A stretch of 64,000 bases of DNA from Candidatus Iainarchaeum sp. (GTDB lineage Archaea > Iainarchaeota > Iainarchaeia > Iainarchaeales > JAAZKV01), in assembly GCA_026397015.1 (NCBI GenBank), contig JAPLVR010000001.1, forward strand, positions 21,745 to 85,744, given 5' to 3'. The translations under genes and the position numbers were made by a program. The notes under the pieces were generated by a model, which ran no database searches, had not been told where the DNA came from, and saw only the letters and a program-made list of their open reading frames with translations. Shown here piece after piece: positions 48,636-58,425 of the stretch; the first letter of the stretch is position 1; the number at the start of each line of letters is the position of its first letter.

Positions 48636-48837
48636 CAAAACCATTTCCCTTTTCGAATTAAAGAGGCGACTGAAAAGCATTCTCTTGTTCCGCTTGGATT
48701 AGAGACAAACTGGGTAAGATTTATATAACATTTCAATGAGGGGTGGTGAAAATTGCCCCATTTCTGTTCTTTTAAATTTGAATTTAAGGACAACAGCTTT
48801 TTATCCGCTTCCAATCATTCTTGCATAGGTTTTTCTG

Positions 48838-49317
48838 GTGGTTTATTACTTCGCTTACGGCGGGAACCTTTCTCTTGAGGAGCTTAGTGGCCGCGTCGGA
48901 AGAAACCTAAAGCCTTTGTTCGCCGCTTACTTGCCGAATTCAAAGCTTGCTTTTCCAAGAGAATCGACTTACCAGCGGGGGGGCACTGCAGGCTACGTGC
49001 CTTGCAAGGGGAAAAAATTATGGGGCGCAGTTTTTTTGCTGAGCCGAGAGGAAATCGAGGAAAAATTGGACATGCATGAGGGCTATTATAAAAAAAATGA
49101 AAGGGGTTCAGCTTACACAAAAATGGAAGTAAAAATAATGAGGGAGGAAGGAAGGGAGCTGAGCGCAATAACCTATGTCGCCAACAAGACAGGAAACTTT
49201 CATCCGTCAAAATACTATTTGGACAAAATAATCAAGGGCGCAAAAGAATGCAAGCTGCCGAAAGAATACATCGAAGAATTGAAGAAAATTAAAATGGAAG
49301 AATTGAAAGCGGATTGA
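48838..49317 (+). CDS. Gamma-glutamylcyclotransferase (AIG2/GGCT-like)
   Basis: YFAYGGNLSLEEL N-terminal motif. Confidence 0.75.
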   Translation: MVYYFAYGGNLSLEELSGRVGRNLKPLFAAYLPNSKLAFPRESTYQRGGTAGYVPCKGKKLWGAVFLLSREEIEEKLDMHEGYYKKNERGSAYTKMEVKIMREEGRELSAITYVANKTGNFHPSKYYLDKIIKGAKECKLPKEYIEELKKIKMEELKAD

Positions 49318-49352
49318 TTAATTCGCGCTGCTTCTAAACCAGTTTTTATATT

Positions 49353-50081
49353 TCAAAAAATCAGCGCCATTGCAAAAACAATTGCCAATCCAAAAACAAT
49401 TATAATCGCTTTTTTGAAAGAATCTTTTTTCATTTCCGCGCCGGGAATAAGTTCGTGCGTTGAAATAAAAATCATTATTCCCGCCGCCGCGCCCAAAGCC
49501 ATTCCTATAAAACCCATATCCACATTTTTCAAGAAAAAATATCCAAGGACGAAGCCAAGCAGTTCAAAGAGTGTTGTTAAACAAATTATCCCAAACGCTT
49601 TTAATTTATTTTTTGTAAGGGCATACGTCGGCATTATCGCCGCAATATTTTCAGGGATGTCCTGCGCAGCAATTGCAAGCGCAATTACCAATCCGAGCGC
49701 GGGGTTGAGCGCAAAACTTACGCCGACCGCCAACCCTTCTATTACATTGTGCAAACTCATTCCCGTTATGAGCATCACTACGCACCTCAAATGGCTGAAG
49801 TGCAATCTATTGCAAAGTTCGGGGTGAACATGCGGCAAAATCTTTTCAACCAGAATTATTATTGCAACGCCGATTACAAATCCAATAAGCAGGAACTGGT
49901 AGGGCGCTATTTTAAGCGCCTCGGGCATCAGCTGGAAGAAAGAGACGCCGCACATCATCGCCGCCGCAAAAGCAAGGGAATACGCCATCATATCCCTGCC
50001 CGGCTTTCTTATAATCCCGATTAAAGCTCCAAGCGTTTGGCCGAAGAAAAGCAAAAGCATTGCAAGAATTATTTCGTCCAT
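49353..50081 (-). CDS. ZIP-family metal transporter
   Basis: SLHNVIEGLAVG and AIAAQDIPENIA motifs. Confidence 0.85.
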   Translation of the reverse strand: MDEIILAMLLLFFGQTLGALIGIIRKPGRDMMAYSLAFAAAMMCGVSFFQLMPEALKIAPYQFLLIGFVIGVAIIILVEKILPHVHPELCNRLHFSHLRCVVMLITGMSLHNVIEGLAVGVSFALNPALGLVIALAIAAQDIPENIAAIMPTYALTKNKLKAFGIICLTTLFELLGFVLGYFFLKNVDMGFIGMALGAAAGIMIFISTHELIPGAEMKKDSFKKAIIIVFGLAIVFAMALIF

Positions 50082-50226
50082 CGGAAATATTGCGCATTTA
50101 CTGCTTTATATAGTAATGTTTTGACATGGTTTTTCAAATTTTGGTTCGGCCTTCCAAAAGCAAAGATCAATTTGCAATAAGCGAAAACCAATTTACAATA
50201 ACCCTTAAAGATTCAATCAGACTCAA

Positions 50227-51495
50227 CTACAATCTGTAGACTTTTTTTGTTTTCAAAATCCCTTTCACATCGACAATTACCGGCGGCTTTCCGCACACCC
50301 AGCCCGCGATTTTTTTGAAAGGCAGTTTCAAATACTCTTTATGCGCCACCGCAATTATTACGGCATCAACCGACTTCGGCTTTATTTTTTCAAGCGGCAC
50401 AATTTTTTTGCGCATGTGCTCGAACCTCACTTCGTCAAAAAGCGGGTCGTTCAAAATCACTTCCGCGCCGAGGCGCTCCAGTTCCATGATGATGTCCTCC
50501 ACCCTGCTATTGCGTATGTCGCGCACGTCCTCCTTGAAGGTGGCGCCGAGCACAAGCACCTTCGCACCCCTCATCACCTTTGAGTTTTTGTTTAGCCCTT
50601 CCATTGCGAGGCGTACCACCTCGAAAGGCATGCAATCATTAATGCGCCGCCCGGCAAGAATTACCTGCGGATGGTAGCCAAGCTCCTCCGCCTTGTAAGT
50701 GAGATAATACGGGTCGACGCCTATGCAGTGGCCGCCGACAAGCCCCGGCTTGAATGGAAGGAAGTTCCACTTCGTGCCTGCAGCCTCAAGCACCTCGAGA
50801 GTGTCGATGCCAATTTTTTTGAAGATTAGGCTCAATTCATTTACGAGCGCGATGTTCAAATCCCGCTGCGTGTTTTCAATCACCTTTGCGGCTTCAGCAA
50901 CCTTTATGGAAGAAACGCGGAAAGTTTTGGTTACATGGGAATAAACAAAATCAATCCTTTCAAGCGATTTCTTGTCCATTCCTGAAACTATTTTTATTAT
51001 TCTCTCCATGGTGTGTTCCAAGTCGCCAGGATTAACCCTTTCCGGTGAGTAGCCGACCTTCCACCCCGCACCGCATTTCAAACCGGATTCCTTTTCGATG
51101 ATTGGAACGCAAACCTCCTCCGTTGCGCCGGGATAAACTGTGCTTTCAAAAACAACAATGCTTCCCTTTGAGAGGTTCCTGCCCACTATCTTTGAAGCAC
51201 CTTCAAGGAGTGAAAAATCCGGTTTTTTGGCTTCCGTTACGGGTGTCGGCACCGCGACAATGATGAAATTGCACTTCTTTATCTCCTTTTCATCGGAAGT
51301 GAAAAGCACAGTCGCGTCTTTAAGCTCCTCTCCGAGTGTCTCTCCGTTCCTGTCGATTCCGCCGGAGAGTTCTGTTATTCTTTTGTTATTAATATCAAAG
51401 CCAGCCACTTTGAAATGTTTTGAGAGGGCGAGGGCAAGGGGCAATCCGACATAGCCGAGGCCGGCAACACAAACAACAAAATCCTTTTTATTCAT
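50227..51495 (-). CDS. Nucleotide-sugar 6-dehydrogenase (TviB/WecC-like)
   Basis: VCVAGLGYVGLPLALAL Rossmann motif; catalytic GGHCIGVDP. Confidence 0.9.
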   Translation of the reverse strand: MNKKDFVVCVAGLGYVGLPLALALSKHFKVAGFDINNKRITELSGGIDRNGETLGEELKDATVLFTSDEKEIKKCNFIIVAVPTPVTEAKKPDFSLLEGASKIVGRNLSKGSIVVFESTVYPGATEEVCVPIIEKESGLKCGAGWKVGYSPERVNPGDLEHTMERIIKIVSGMDKKSLERIDFVYSHVTKTFRVSSIKVAEAAKVIENTQRDLNIALVNELSLIFKKIGIDTLEVLEAAGTKWNFLPFKPGLVGGHCIGVDPYYLTYKAEELGYHPQVILAGRRINDCMPFEVVRLAMEGLNKNSKVMRGAKVLVLGATFKEDVRDIRNSRVEDIIMELERLGAEVILNDPLFDEVRFEHMRKKIVPLEKIKPKSVDAVIIAVAHKEYLKLPFKKIAGWVCGKPPVIVDVKGILKTKKVYRL

Positions 51496-51654
51496 CCGAC
51501 CGGTGATACCACTTCGATTCGAAAAGGTTATATTTCTTTTTGGTTCAGCACAACGCGCAAATTCCTTGACGCGGCAAGCACCGCAACTGCAACCCCCTCA
51601 AATACTTTCTTCATTTAATTTCTCTTCATGATTAACGCCCCGCACATAAAACTT

Positions 51655-51738
51655 TCTCTTATGTATTGCACAAGATTTCTATTTCTTCCTCCTGTGTATA
51701 TCTTTCTCCTATACATTGCACAAGATTTCTATTTTTTT
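51655..51738 (+). repeat. Two ~33-nt direct repeats (core ATTGCACAAGATTTCTATTT), 50 bp apart, upstream of the surface-protein gene
   Basis: Cores at 51665-51684 and 51715-51734 are identical. Confidence 0.7.
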
Positions 51739-51860
51739 GTTTCAACCAATTTTTTCTGTTTTTTAACATTATTTATAAACATTTTGGTGCAACATTTGAG
51801 CAGTTATATGGAATTGTAGGCGTTTTAACGCGTGCTTTTCAAAAAAAGGGGTGTTTGTTG

Positions 51861-54467
51861 GTGTCTGATGGTTTTGGTTTGAAAAAGTTAAGCAGCTATT
51901 TTTTAGTGTTATCAATTTTGGTTTTATTGTTTGGGGGCGCTTCGGCAATTACTGTAACTGGGATGTCGGCGTCATTAAACGCTTCTGCCACATATAGGTG
52001 GCAGTATATAGATTTGAATTTTGATATTAATGGTCTCAACTCGGGAGGTACGCCGGTGAGATTAGTTGATGTTAACATCTTTGCTGAAAAGTTGGTTGAC
52101 AGCAACACAATTATAGCACAGGATACCGATCATAACGTAATGACTTCCGCCAATATGACTGCGAAGTTTAGATGTGACGGAAATATTTCAGACTTTAACA
52201 GTGCGGCCTGTGGGTTCGTGCTGGATTCAAACTCCATCGTGGATGGAAATTATCACATCATAATCAACGCCGGAGCACTAGATTCAACCGGAGATACAAA
52301 CACTTGGGTAAGTTACACCTTAACCAGCACCGCTACTTTGACAATCGATAATAACTTTCCAACATATGCAAGGTTAGATGTTGATAGCAACGGAACTTCA
52401 AATTGGAGAACCGCAGATTATAACATGATAGTAGTTGACGCGAACTTTTACATATCTGGGATAAATTCAACCGCTTCATACTACGCAATAGACGGTGGAA
52501 CACACAACACATTAATCAAGACAACCAACGGAACACAAGATTATAACATATACGTTCCGATAACGACCGATGGAAACCACGTGGTAACAGTTTACTTGCA
52601 GGACAATGCAGGAAACAACAGAACATTGACATTCCCTGCGATAGGTCTTGATAAAACTGTACCAGTAGTTGCCGCAGCAAGGGTAACTGGATTTTCCGGT
52701 GCCGACGTAGATAATTTCTACGGCTGGGATCAGAACATTAGAGTAAAACTCACACCTTTGGATACATCATCGATTGCGTACCTTGATGTAAATTTCTACG
52801 ATGTGAACGGCTCTACCGGATGGGTAAGGGCTGCAGCTGGCGGCGATGCCAACACATACGATGTAAACCTTAAAAGAAACTGGGATCGCGACTTCAATGT
52901 AACAACATTGAAAATAAGGGTAACAGATGTTGCAGGCAACTCAACAGGAAGCCTCGACATGAACGACCCTGTTATTTTGTACGACATGAACTACGCGCCT
53001 GGAACAACAAAGGATGGAAATTCTACAAACTTCCAGGGCATAATGAACTTTGCGGATATCAATTCGCTAAAGTTCCAAGACGATCAAAATAGAGGAAAAA
53101 TAGAATATATAAATCAGGATATTAACTTGAGCACATACGCACAGGCAATGAAACTGGTAGCTTTGCAGAACGCCTTGACAATGGACGTTGACGATGCTGG
53201 AAACCATTATGTCAGCATGGATTCAACTATTTTCAGCGACATAAACAAGGCTGCAATTGTAACAATCTACAATCTGCCTTACGCAACTATGCCTCCAATA
53301 AAAATGGGCGATGATGCGAACTGTACAAGCACATTCTGTTATGGAATAAGTTATGGAACATCAACTCATCAATTGGACTTCAATGTGTTGCACTTCACAA
53401 AGTACACGGCGGATGACAACGCGCCTGTATTCACTTTGAGCGCAACAACTACAACAACTACTGCAACCGTGTCTGTTACTTCAGATGAAAGGGTAACATG
53501 TAGGTATGGTAGCGATTTGGTTGCCTATGATTCTATGAGTAGTGCGACACAGGAAACTGTTATTGCGAGCACGCTTACCGCGTTGCCTGTAAAAACCGGT
53601 TATCCTACTGGCGCTTCAGCGACTTTGTATGTGCAATGCAGAGATCCTGTAGGGCACGACACAAACAGTTCAATAACATTCGATCTGAAAACTGAAAACA
53701 ACACCGGTAGTGCACCTGCGGGCGGAACTTCAGGAACTCCTGCAACAACGCCAACTACAACGGTTGAAAGCACTTCAAGCGATACTTTCTCTCCGACAGC
53801 GGATGAAGTAACTTCTTTGCTTGAAGGCAGCGGCTTAACGGAAGCCGAGATAGCTGAATACGCAGCCGATGCCGCTTCAGGGGAAATTGCTGTTGAAAGG
53901 GCATTAGTTGTGGAGAAAACGGTTACAAGTGGCGTTACAAGCTACAAATCAACTTTCACTGTAACTGTGAAGAATTCTTCAACAAAGGACATGGCTGATG
54001 TTAAGGTTGTTGAAACTGTTCCAAAAAACGTTGCGGCAGATGCCTCAAGCATCAGCTCTGTATATCAGTTTACGGTATTGAACGCCGACCCGGTGTTGGA
54101 ATTCATAATCCCTAGTGTTGATGCCGGACAAACAGCCATTGTGACTTATAGCGTAGACAAAAAAGTCACTGCAGCAGAGTTTGGCGCAATGAACTCGCCG
54201 GTGGCTAAGTTTACCGAAGCGACAACACCGCCAGCGACTCCGCCAGTTACTCCGCCAATAACCCCACCGGTAACACCGCCAGTAACGCCTGGAACGGGAA
54301 CAGAAACGCCTGCTCAGGCACAGCCGGCGGATTACACGATGCTAATCGCAGCGTTGCTGCTGATAATCATTGTCGTAGCCGTTTTGTACATTGGCAGGGA
54401 TAAAATAGTTGGAAAAAAAAATAAGCCGGTAACAATATGGCCTAAAAATAAGGGTGCGGGGAAGTAA
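51861..54467 (+). CDS. Large secreted surface (S-layer-like) protein with a Pro/Thr linker and C-terminal TM anchor
   Basis: Signal KKLSSYFLVLSILVLLFGGASA. Many N-x-S/T sequons. C-terminal PATPPVTPPITPPVTPPVTP followed by a TM. Start uncertain (GTG 51861 after GGGGTG). Confidence 0.7.
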   Translation: MSDGFGLKKLSSYFLVLSILVLLFGGASAITVTGMSASLNASATYRWQYIDLNFDINGLNSGGTPVRLVDVNIFAEKLVDSNTIIAQDTDHNVMTSANMTAKFRCDGNISDFNSAACGFVLDSNSIVDGNYHIIINAGALDSTGDTNTWVSYTLTSTATLTIDNNFPTYARLDVDSNGTSNWRTADYNMIVVDANFYISGINSTASYYAIDGGTHNTLIKTTNGTQDYNIYVPITTDGNHVVTVYLQDNAGNNRTLTFPAIGLDKTVPVVAAARVTGFSGADVDNFYGWDQNIRVKLTPLDTSSIAYLDVNFYDVNGSTGWVRAAAGGDANTYDVNLKRNWDRDFNVTTLKIRVTDVAGNSTGSLDMNDPVILYDMNYAPGTTKDGNSTNFQGIMNFADINSLKFQDDQNRGKIEYINQDINLSTYAQAMKLVALQNALTMDVDDAGNHYVSMDSTIFSDINKAAIVTIYNLPYATMPPIKMGDDANCTSTFCYGISYGTSTHQLDFNVLHFTKYTADDNAPVFTLSATTTTTTATVSVTSDERVTCRYGSDLVAYDSMSSATQETVIASTLTALPVKTGYPTGASATLYVQCRDPVGHDTNSSITFDLKTENNTGSAPAGGTSGTPATTPTTTVESTSSDTFSPTADEVTSLLEGSGLTEAEIAEYAADAASGEIAVERALVVEKTVTSGVTSYKSTFTVTVKNSSTKDMADVKVVETVPKNVAADASSISSVYQFTVLNADPVLEFIIPSVDAGQTAIVTYSVDKKVTAAEFGAMNSPVAKFTEATTPPATPPVTPPITPPVTPPVTPGTGTETPAQAQPADYTMLIAALLLIIIVVAVLYIGRDKIVGKKNKPVTIWPKNKGAGK

Positions 54468-54576
54468 AAACTTCCTCTGCACATTTTCTTTTTTTTATTT
54501 TTCTTCTTTTTCTGTTTTTCCTGTGAGTTAACGTTAAAGCATCCGTTTAAATACTTCAAAAGCAAAAATCTGTTGT

Positions 54577-55155
54577 ATGCCTCCGAGAAGACCCGGTTTT
54601 TTCAGTAATCTACTCGGGATTGGAAGGCGGCCGCAGGCCAGACAAAACAGGAGTGTTCAAATAGGGCGCGGGGCGCTTCGCACCGGCTGGAACGCGGCAA
54701 AATACGTCGGTCGTTATCCGCAAAGGCAATTGAATTCGCGCCACATAAGAGGCGAAATTGAAATGCGGCAAACTGAACAGGCGGAACGCAGAAACATTGC
54801 AGGGCGGCAGCTCAGGCAGGAAGCGGAACAAAGAGGGTGGCGCTCCACCTTGACCGAGCGCGAAGAGGACATTGAATCGGAACGTTTGGGAAGAGCGGCT
54901 GAAGAGAGGCGCGCCGAAGCAATGGCGCGCGCGGTGAAAGAAGACCCTGTTTTGAGAAAAAAAGTAACGGTGCTCGCCACAAAAATTCTTGTTTATGAGG
55001 TTGACAAAAATCCTGATTTGAGGAAAATGATGGTGAGGGTAAGGCGCGGCGTTGCAAACCAACAAGAAGTAAAGTATTATTATGAGTTGGTTGACAAGGC
55101 GACAAAAGAAGCGATGAGAAGGCTTGGGAAACCCGTGGAAATGGAAGGCGAGTAA
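54577..55155 (+). CDS. Hypothetical Arg/Glu-rich protein
   Basis: 192-aa ORF with no recognised motif. Confidence 0.4.
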   Translation: MPPRRPGFFSNLLGIGRRPQARQNRSVQIGRGALRTGWNAAKYVGRYPQRQLNSRHIRGEIEMRQTEQAERRNIAGRQLRQEAEQRGWRSTLTEREEDIESERLGRAAEERRAEAMARAVKEDPVLRKKVTVLATKILVYEVDKNPDLRKMMVRVRRGVANQQEVKYYYELVDKATKEAMRRLGKPVEMEGE

Positions 55156-55204
55156 TGTCCGAGCAAACGGAAAACTTAATAATCCCTTTTGCAGCAATCT
55201 GTTT

Positions 55205-55478
55205 GTGGTAGTGGTTGATTGGCTAACGGTTCCCCTCTGGGTTAGAACCGAGGAAAGTCCGCCCACCCGCGCGCAAGCGCGTCGCACAAAAACCGAGAGG
55301 TTGCGCAGTTCAACAGAAACGAAACCTTTTTCGAAAAAGGTTTGCGAAAACTTTTTTTGAGGGGGGATGAAACGGGGGCTGTGGTGCAACTCCGAAAGGA
55401 GGCTTAGGTTAATGCCGACGGCTGACAGGTTTTCCTGTCTTTTGCCGGAACAGAAGGCGGCTTACTTTCCACTGCCAC
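55205..55478 (+). ncRNA. rnpB: RNase P RNA
   Basis: CR-I GAGGAAAGTCCGCCCAC and CR-V ACAGAAGGCGGCTTAC (the P4 strands). The P1 helix GTGGTAGTGG/CCACTGCCAC closes the molecule. About 274 nt. Confidence 0.75.
55322..55350 (+). repeat. Hairpin-element-like module inside the RNase P RNA
   Basis: AAACCTTTTTCGAAAAAGGTTTGCGAAAA. Confidence 0.6.
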
Positions 55479-55561
55479 GCATTCATTCATGAAGAGACCT
55501 TTAAATATATAACTGTTTATATATCAATTATAGCAAATATATAATTATTGAAAACTACAAG

Positions 55562-55795
55562 GTGATAAATTTGAATGCAACTACAATCCAACTGGAAAAG
55601 TCGGTCGTTAACGCATTAAAGGAATCAAAGGATTATTCGCGGCAAACATATAATGAGCTGATAGTAAAATTGTTAGAGTCATACAAAAACTCAAAAAACA
55701 AAAACCAGTACGATGAATTCCTGCACAAAATACAGCAAAAAAAGATGGCGGAACTTTGGGACAACAAGGAAGACGAGGCTTGGGAAAATGTTTAA
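55562..55795 (+). CDS. Antitoxin of the second MazF module
   Basis: Overlaps the toxin start. C-terminal LWDNKEDEAW matches AWKNEDDSYW of the 16097 antitoxin. Confidence 0.55.
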   Translation: MINLNATTIQLEKSVVNALKESKDYSRQTYNELIVKLLESYKNSKNKNQYDEFLHKIQQKKMAELWDNKEDEAWENV

Positions 55796-56099
55796 AGCCG
55801 GCGATATTGTCCTCGCAAGAATCCAGTTCAGCGACACTTTTGAAGTAAAGGTGCGCCCAGTGCTCGTTCTTTTCGAAGAATTTGGAAATGTTGTTGTTGC
55901 AGGAATAACAAGCAACAAAAATATGAAGGGAATCGTTCTTACTAAGAAAGAAGGGGCTGTAAAAGACAGTGTGATAAAATTGAACTATATTTTTACTATT
56001 TCCGAAGCGATGATCCAAAAAAGGTTATTTAACCTTGGAACCGAAAAAAAGAGGGTTGTTTTCACAGAATTATGCAAAAAGTTAGAAGGGTTGAAATAA
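55788..56099 (+). CDS. PemK/MazF-family toxin
   Basis: MFKAGDIVLARIQFSD...VRPVLVL. Confidence 0.7.
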   Translation: MFKAGDIVLARIQFSDTFEVKVRPVLVLFEEFGNVVVAGITSNKNMKGIVLTKKEGAVKDSVIKLNYIFTISEAMIQKRLFNLGTEKKRVVFTELCKKLEGLK

Positions 56100-56100
56100 T

Positions 56101-57906
56101 ATGATTTCAAGCGACGAAATAAGAAAAAAATATATTGATTTCTTCAAATCAAAAGGGCACGCGGAAATTGCGGGCGCCTCGCTGATTCCTGAAAACGACC
56201 CGACCGTTTTATTTACGACAGCGGGAATGCATCCTTTGGTTCCTGTTCTGATGGGAGACAGGCACCCTGCGGGAAAGCGGCTGGTGAATTTCCAGAAGTG
56301 CATTAGGACGGGCGATATTGAGGATGTTGGTGACGCGTGGCACCTTACTTTTTTTGAGATGCTGGGCAACTGGTCCCTTGGAGATTATTTCAAGAAAGAA
56401 GCAATTGAAATGAGCTTTGAATTTCTCACCGGGAAAAAGTGGCTCAATATTCCAGTTGAGAGATTAAGCGTCACTTGTTTTGCGGGCGATGCCGACGCGC
56501 CGAAGGACGAGGAAGCCGCAAAAGTTTGGGAAGCCTGCCCCATTCCGAAAAAAAGAATTCACTTCCTGTCGAAGAAAGATAACTGGTGGGGTCCGGCCGG
56601 GCAAACAGGCCCGTGCGGTCCCGATACAGAAATGTTCTACCACGTTGTCGGTGTGCAGGAAAAAAATACAGCCGATTTTGTAAAGTTTTGCAAGGAAGAA
56701 AAGTTCTGCGAAATATGGAACGACGTTTTCATGCAGTACAACAAAACGGCGGAAGGAAAATATGCGAAAGCGGCACAGCAAAACGTTGACACCGGTTTCG
56801 GACTGGAGCGGACAACCGCTGTACTGAATGGTTTGGACAATGCTTATGAAACTGATTTGCTGAAATCGACCTTTGATAAAGTAAAGAAACTCGCCGGAAA
56901 GAAAGAGTTGAATGGGCACAATTTGAAGAGCGCCCGCATAATTACCGACCATTTGAGGGCGGCAACATTTATTTTGGGGGACGAGAAAGGAATTGCGCCA
57001 AGCAATGTCGGGCAAGGATACGTTTTGCGCAGATTGATAAGGAAAAGCATCAGGCACGCGCACCTGCTTGGAATCGAAGGAAATTTTTGCAGTGCGGTTG
57101 CAGAAACCGCTGTTAAAAGATTTGAAAAAATTTATCCTGAATTGAAAAAAAATTCCGCCAAAATTTATTCCGAATTGGAAAAAGAAGAGGAAAGGTTTTC
57201 CCGCGCGCTTGAAACTGGAACAGAATTGTTGGAAAAAAAATTGGGCGAGCTTGCAAAACAGAAAAAGAAACAATTGGATTGCACCACTGCCTTCGATTTG
57301 TACCAGAGTTACGGCTTTCCGCTTGAAATGATTGCGGAAATATGCAGGGAAAAAGGATTCGAAGTTGATAATGAAGGGTTCGGAAAGTGCCTGATTGAAC
57401 ATCAACAGGTTTCGCGCAAAGGTGCCGAACAGACATTCAAGGGCGGCTTAGCTGATGCAAAAGAACAAACCACACGCCTTCACACCGCAACGCACTTGCT
57501 TCACGCAGCACTGATGGAAATCGTAAACAAAAATATTATTCAAAAGGGTTCGAACATTACCGCCGAGCGCTTGAGGTTCGATTTTAATTCTGATGAAAGA
57601 TTGAACGACGCGCAATTGAGGAAAGTTGAAGATTGGGTAAACAAAGCAATTCAGTCTTGCGCCAACGTGAACGAAGAAGTCCTTTCTGTTGATGAGGCGA
57701 AGAAAAAGGGCGCACACGGAATTTTTGATTCAAAGTATGGGGAAAAGGTGAAGGTTTACACTGTTGTCGACGGCAAAAAAGTTTATTCAAAAGAGATTTG
57801 CGGCGGGCCGCACGTGAAAACTGTAAAAGGCCTGGGGCATTTCAAAATTCTGAAGCAGGAAAGCGTTGCCGCGGGCGTTAAGAGAATTAAAGCTGTTTTG
57901 GAATAA
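56101..57906 (+). CDS. alaS: Alanine--tRNA ligase, short (601 aa) bacterial-type form lacking the C-Ala domain
   Basis: IRKKYIDFFKSKGHAEI...NDPTVLFTTAGM; editing-domain HTATHLLHAAL and CGGPHV. It ends right after GVKRIKAV. Confidence 0.92.
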   Translation: MISSDEIRKKYIDFFKSKGHAEIAGASLIPENDPTVLFTTAGMHPLVPVLMGDRHPAGKRLVNFQKCIRTGDIEDVGDAWHLTFFEMLGNWSLGDYFKKEAIEMSFEFLTGKKWLNIPVERLSVTCFAGDADAPKDEEAAKVWEACPIPKKRIHFLSKKDNWWGPAGQTGPCGPDTEMFYHVVGVQEKNTADFVKFCKEEKFCEIWNDVFMQYNKTAEGKYAKAAQQNVDTGFGLERTTAVLNGLDNAYETDLLKSTFDKVKKLAGKKELNGHNLKSARIITDHLRAATFILGDEKGIAPSNVGQGYVLRRLIRKSIRHAHLLGIEGNFCSAVAETAVKRFEKIYPELKKNSAKIYSELEKEEERFSRALETGTELLEKKLGELAKQKKKQLDCTTAFDLYQSYGFPLEMIAEICREKGFEVDNEGFGKCLIEHQQVSRKGAEQTFKGGLADAKEQTTRLHTATHLLHAALMEIVNKNIIQKGSNITAERLRFDFNSDERLNDAQLRKVEDWVNKAIQSCANVNEEVLSVDEAKKKGAHGIFDSKYGEKVKVYTVVDGKKVYSKEICGGPHVKTVKGLGHFKILKQESVAAGVKRIKAVLE

Positions 57907-57911
57907 TTTGT

Positions 57912-58364
57912 TTGATGGGTGTCCCTGTGGCAGTAAAAGAAAAATCTGTTCGTATGCCGAGGGTGCTTGTAAAGAGAGCAAAAACAAGTGATTTGCTGGA
58001 AATTTGGCGCAACTTTAAATATTTCAAATATCTCCCGTACATCCCAATCGCCGATTCATCCGGGAAACCGGCTGCACCGAGAGAAGCGCCCATGCAAACA
58101 TTTGTTGCAGTCAGGGATAGAATAATAGTGGGTTTTGTACAATTCAAGTTTTCGCGGGAAGAACGCACCTGGGCACTAAAACTGGTAAGTGTAAAAAAAG
58201 GTTTCCGCAGGTTTGGAATTGCCAAAAAGTTGACCGGTGCAACAAGTGCATATCTGAACAGGCTTGGCGTTTCAAGGCTGCATATTTATGCGGATGAAAA
58301 TGAAGCTGCAGAGGGGCTTTATAAAAAAACATTCCTAAACGCTGAAAAAAAGGCGGCGGCCTGA
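57912..58364 (+). CDS. GNAT-family N-acetyltransferase
   Basis: VKKGFRRFGIAKKL (motif A). The start may be the internal ATG at 57954. Confidence 0.6.
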   Translation: MMGVPVAVKEKSVRMPRVLVKRAKTSDLLEIWRNFKYFKYLPYIPIADSSGKPAAPREAPMQTFVAVRDRIIVGFVQFKFSREERTWALKLVSVKKGFRRFGIAKKLTGATSAYLNRLGVSRLHIYADENEAAEGLYKKTFLNAEKKAAA

Positions 58365-58425
58365 TAAAAGATGCCCGATTAAAAAGCCGCAAACCAAGGT
58401 TAAGAAAGCCTCTGCATGCCTGATT

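Noticed and set aside
54610-55389. 259-aa minus-strand ORF.
   Set aside because: It is antisense to the 54577-55155 ORF and runs through the RNase P RNA. Its composition is Pro/Arg/Phe-rich and not protein-like.
56464-57405. 313-aa minus-strand ORF.
   Set aside because: It is antisense to alaS, whose identity is certain.
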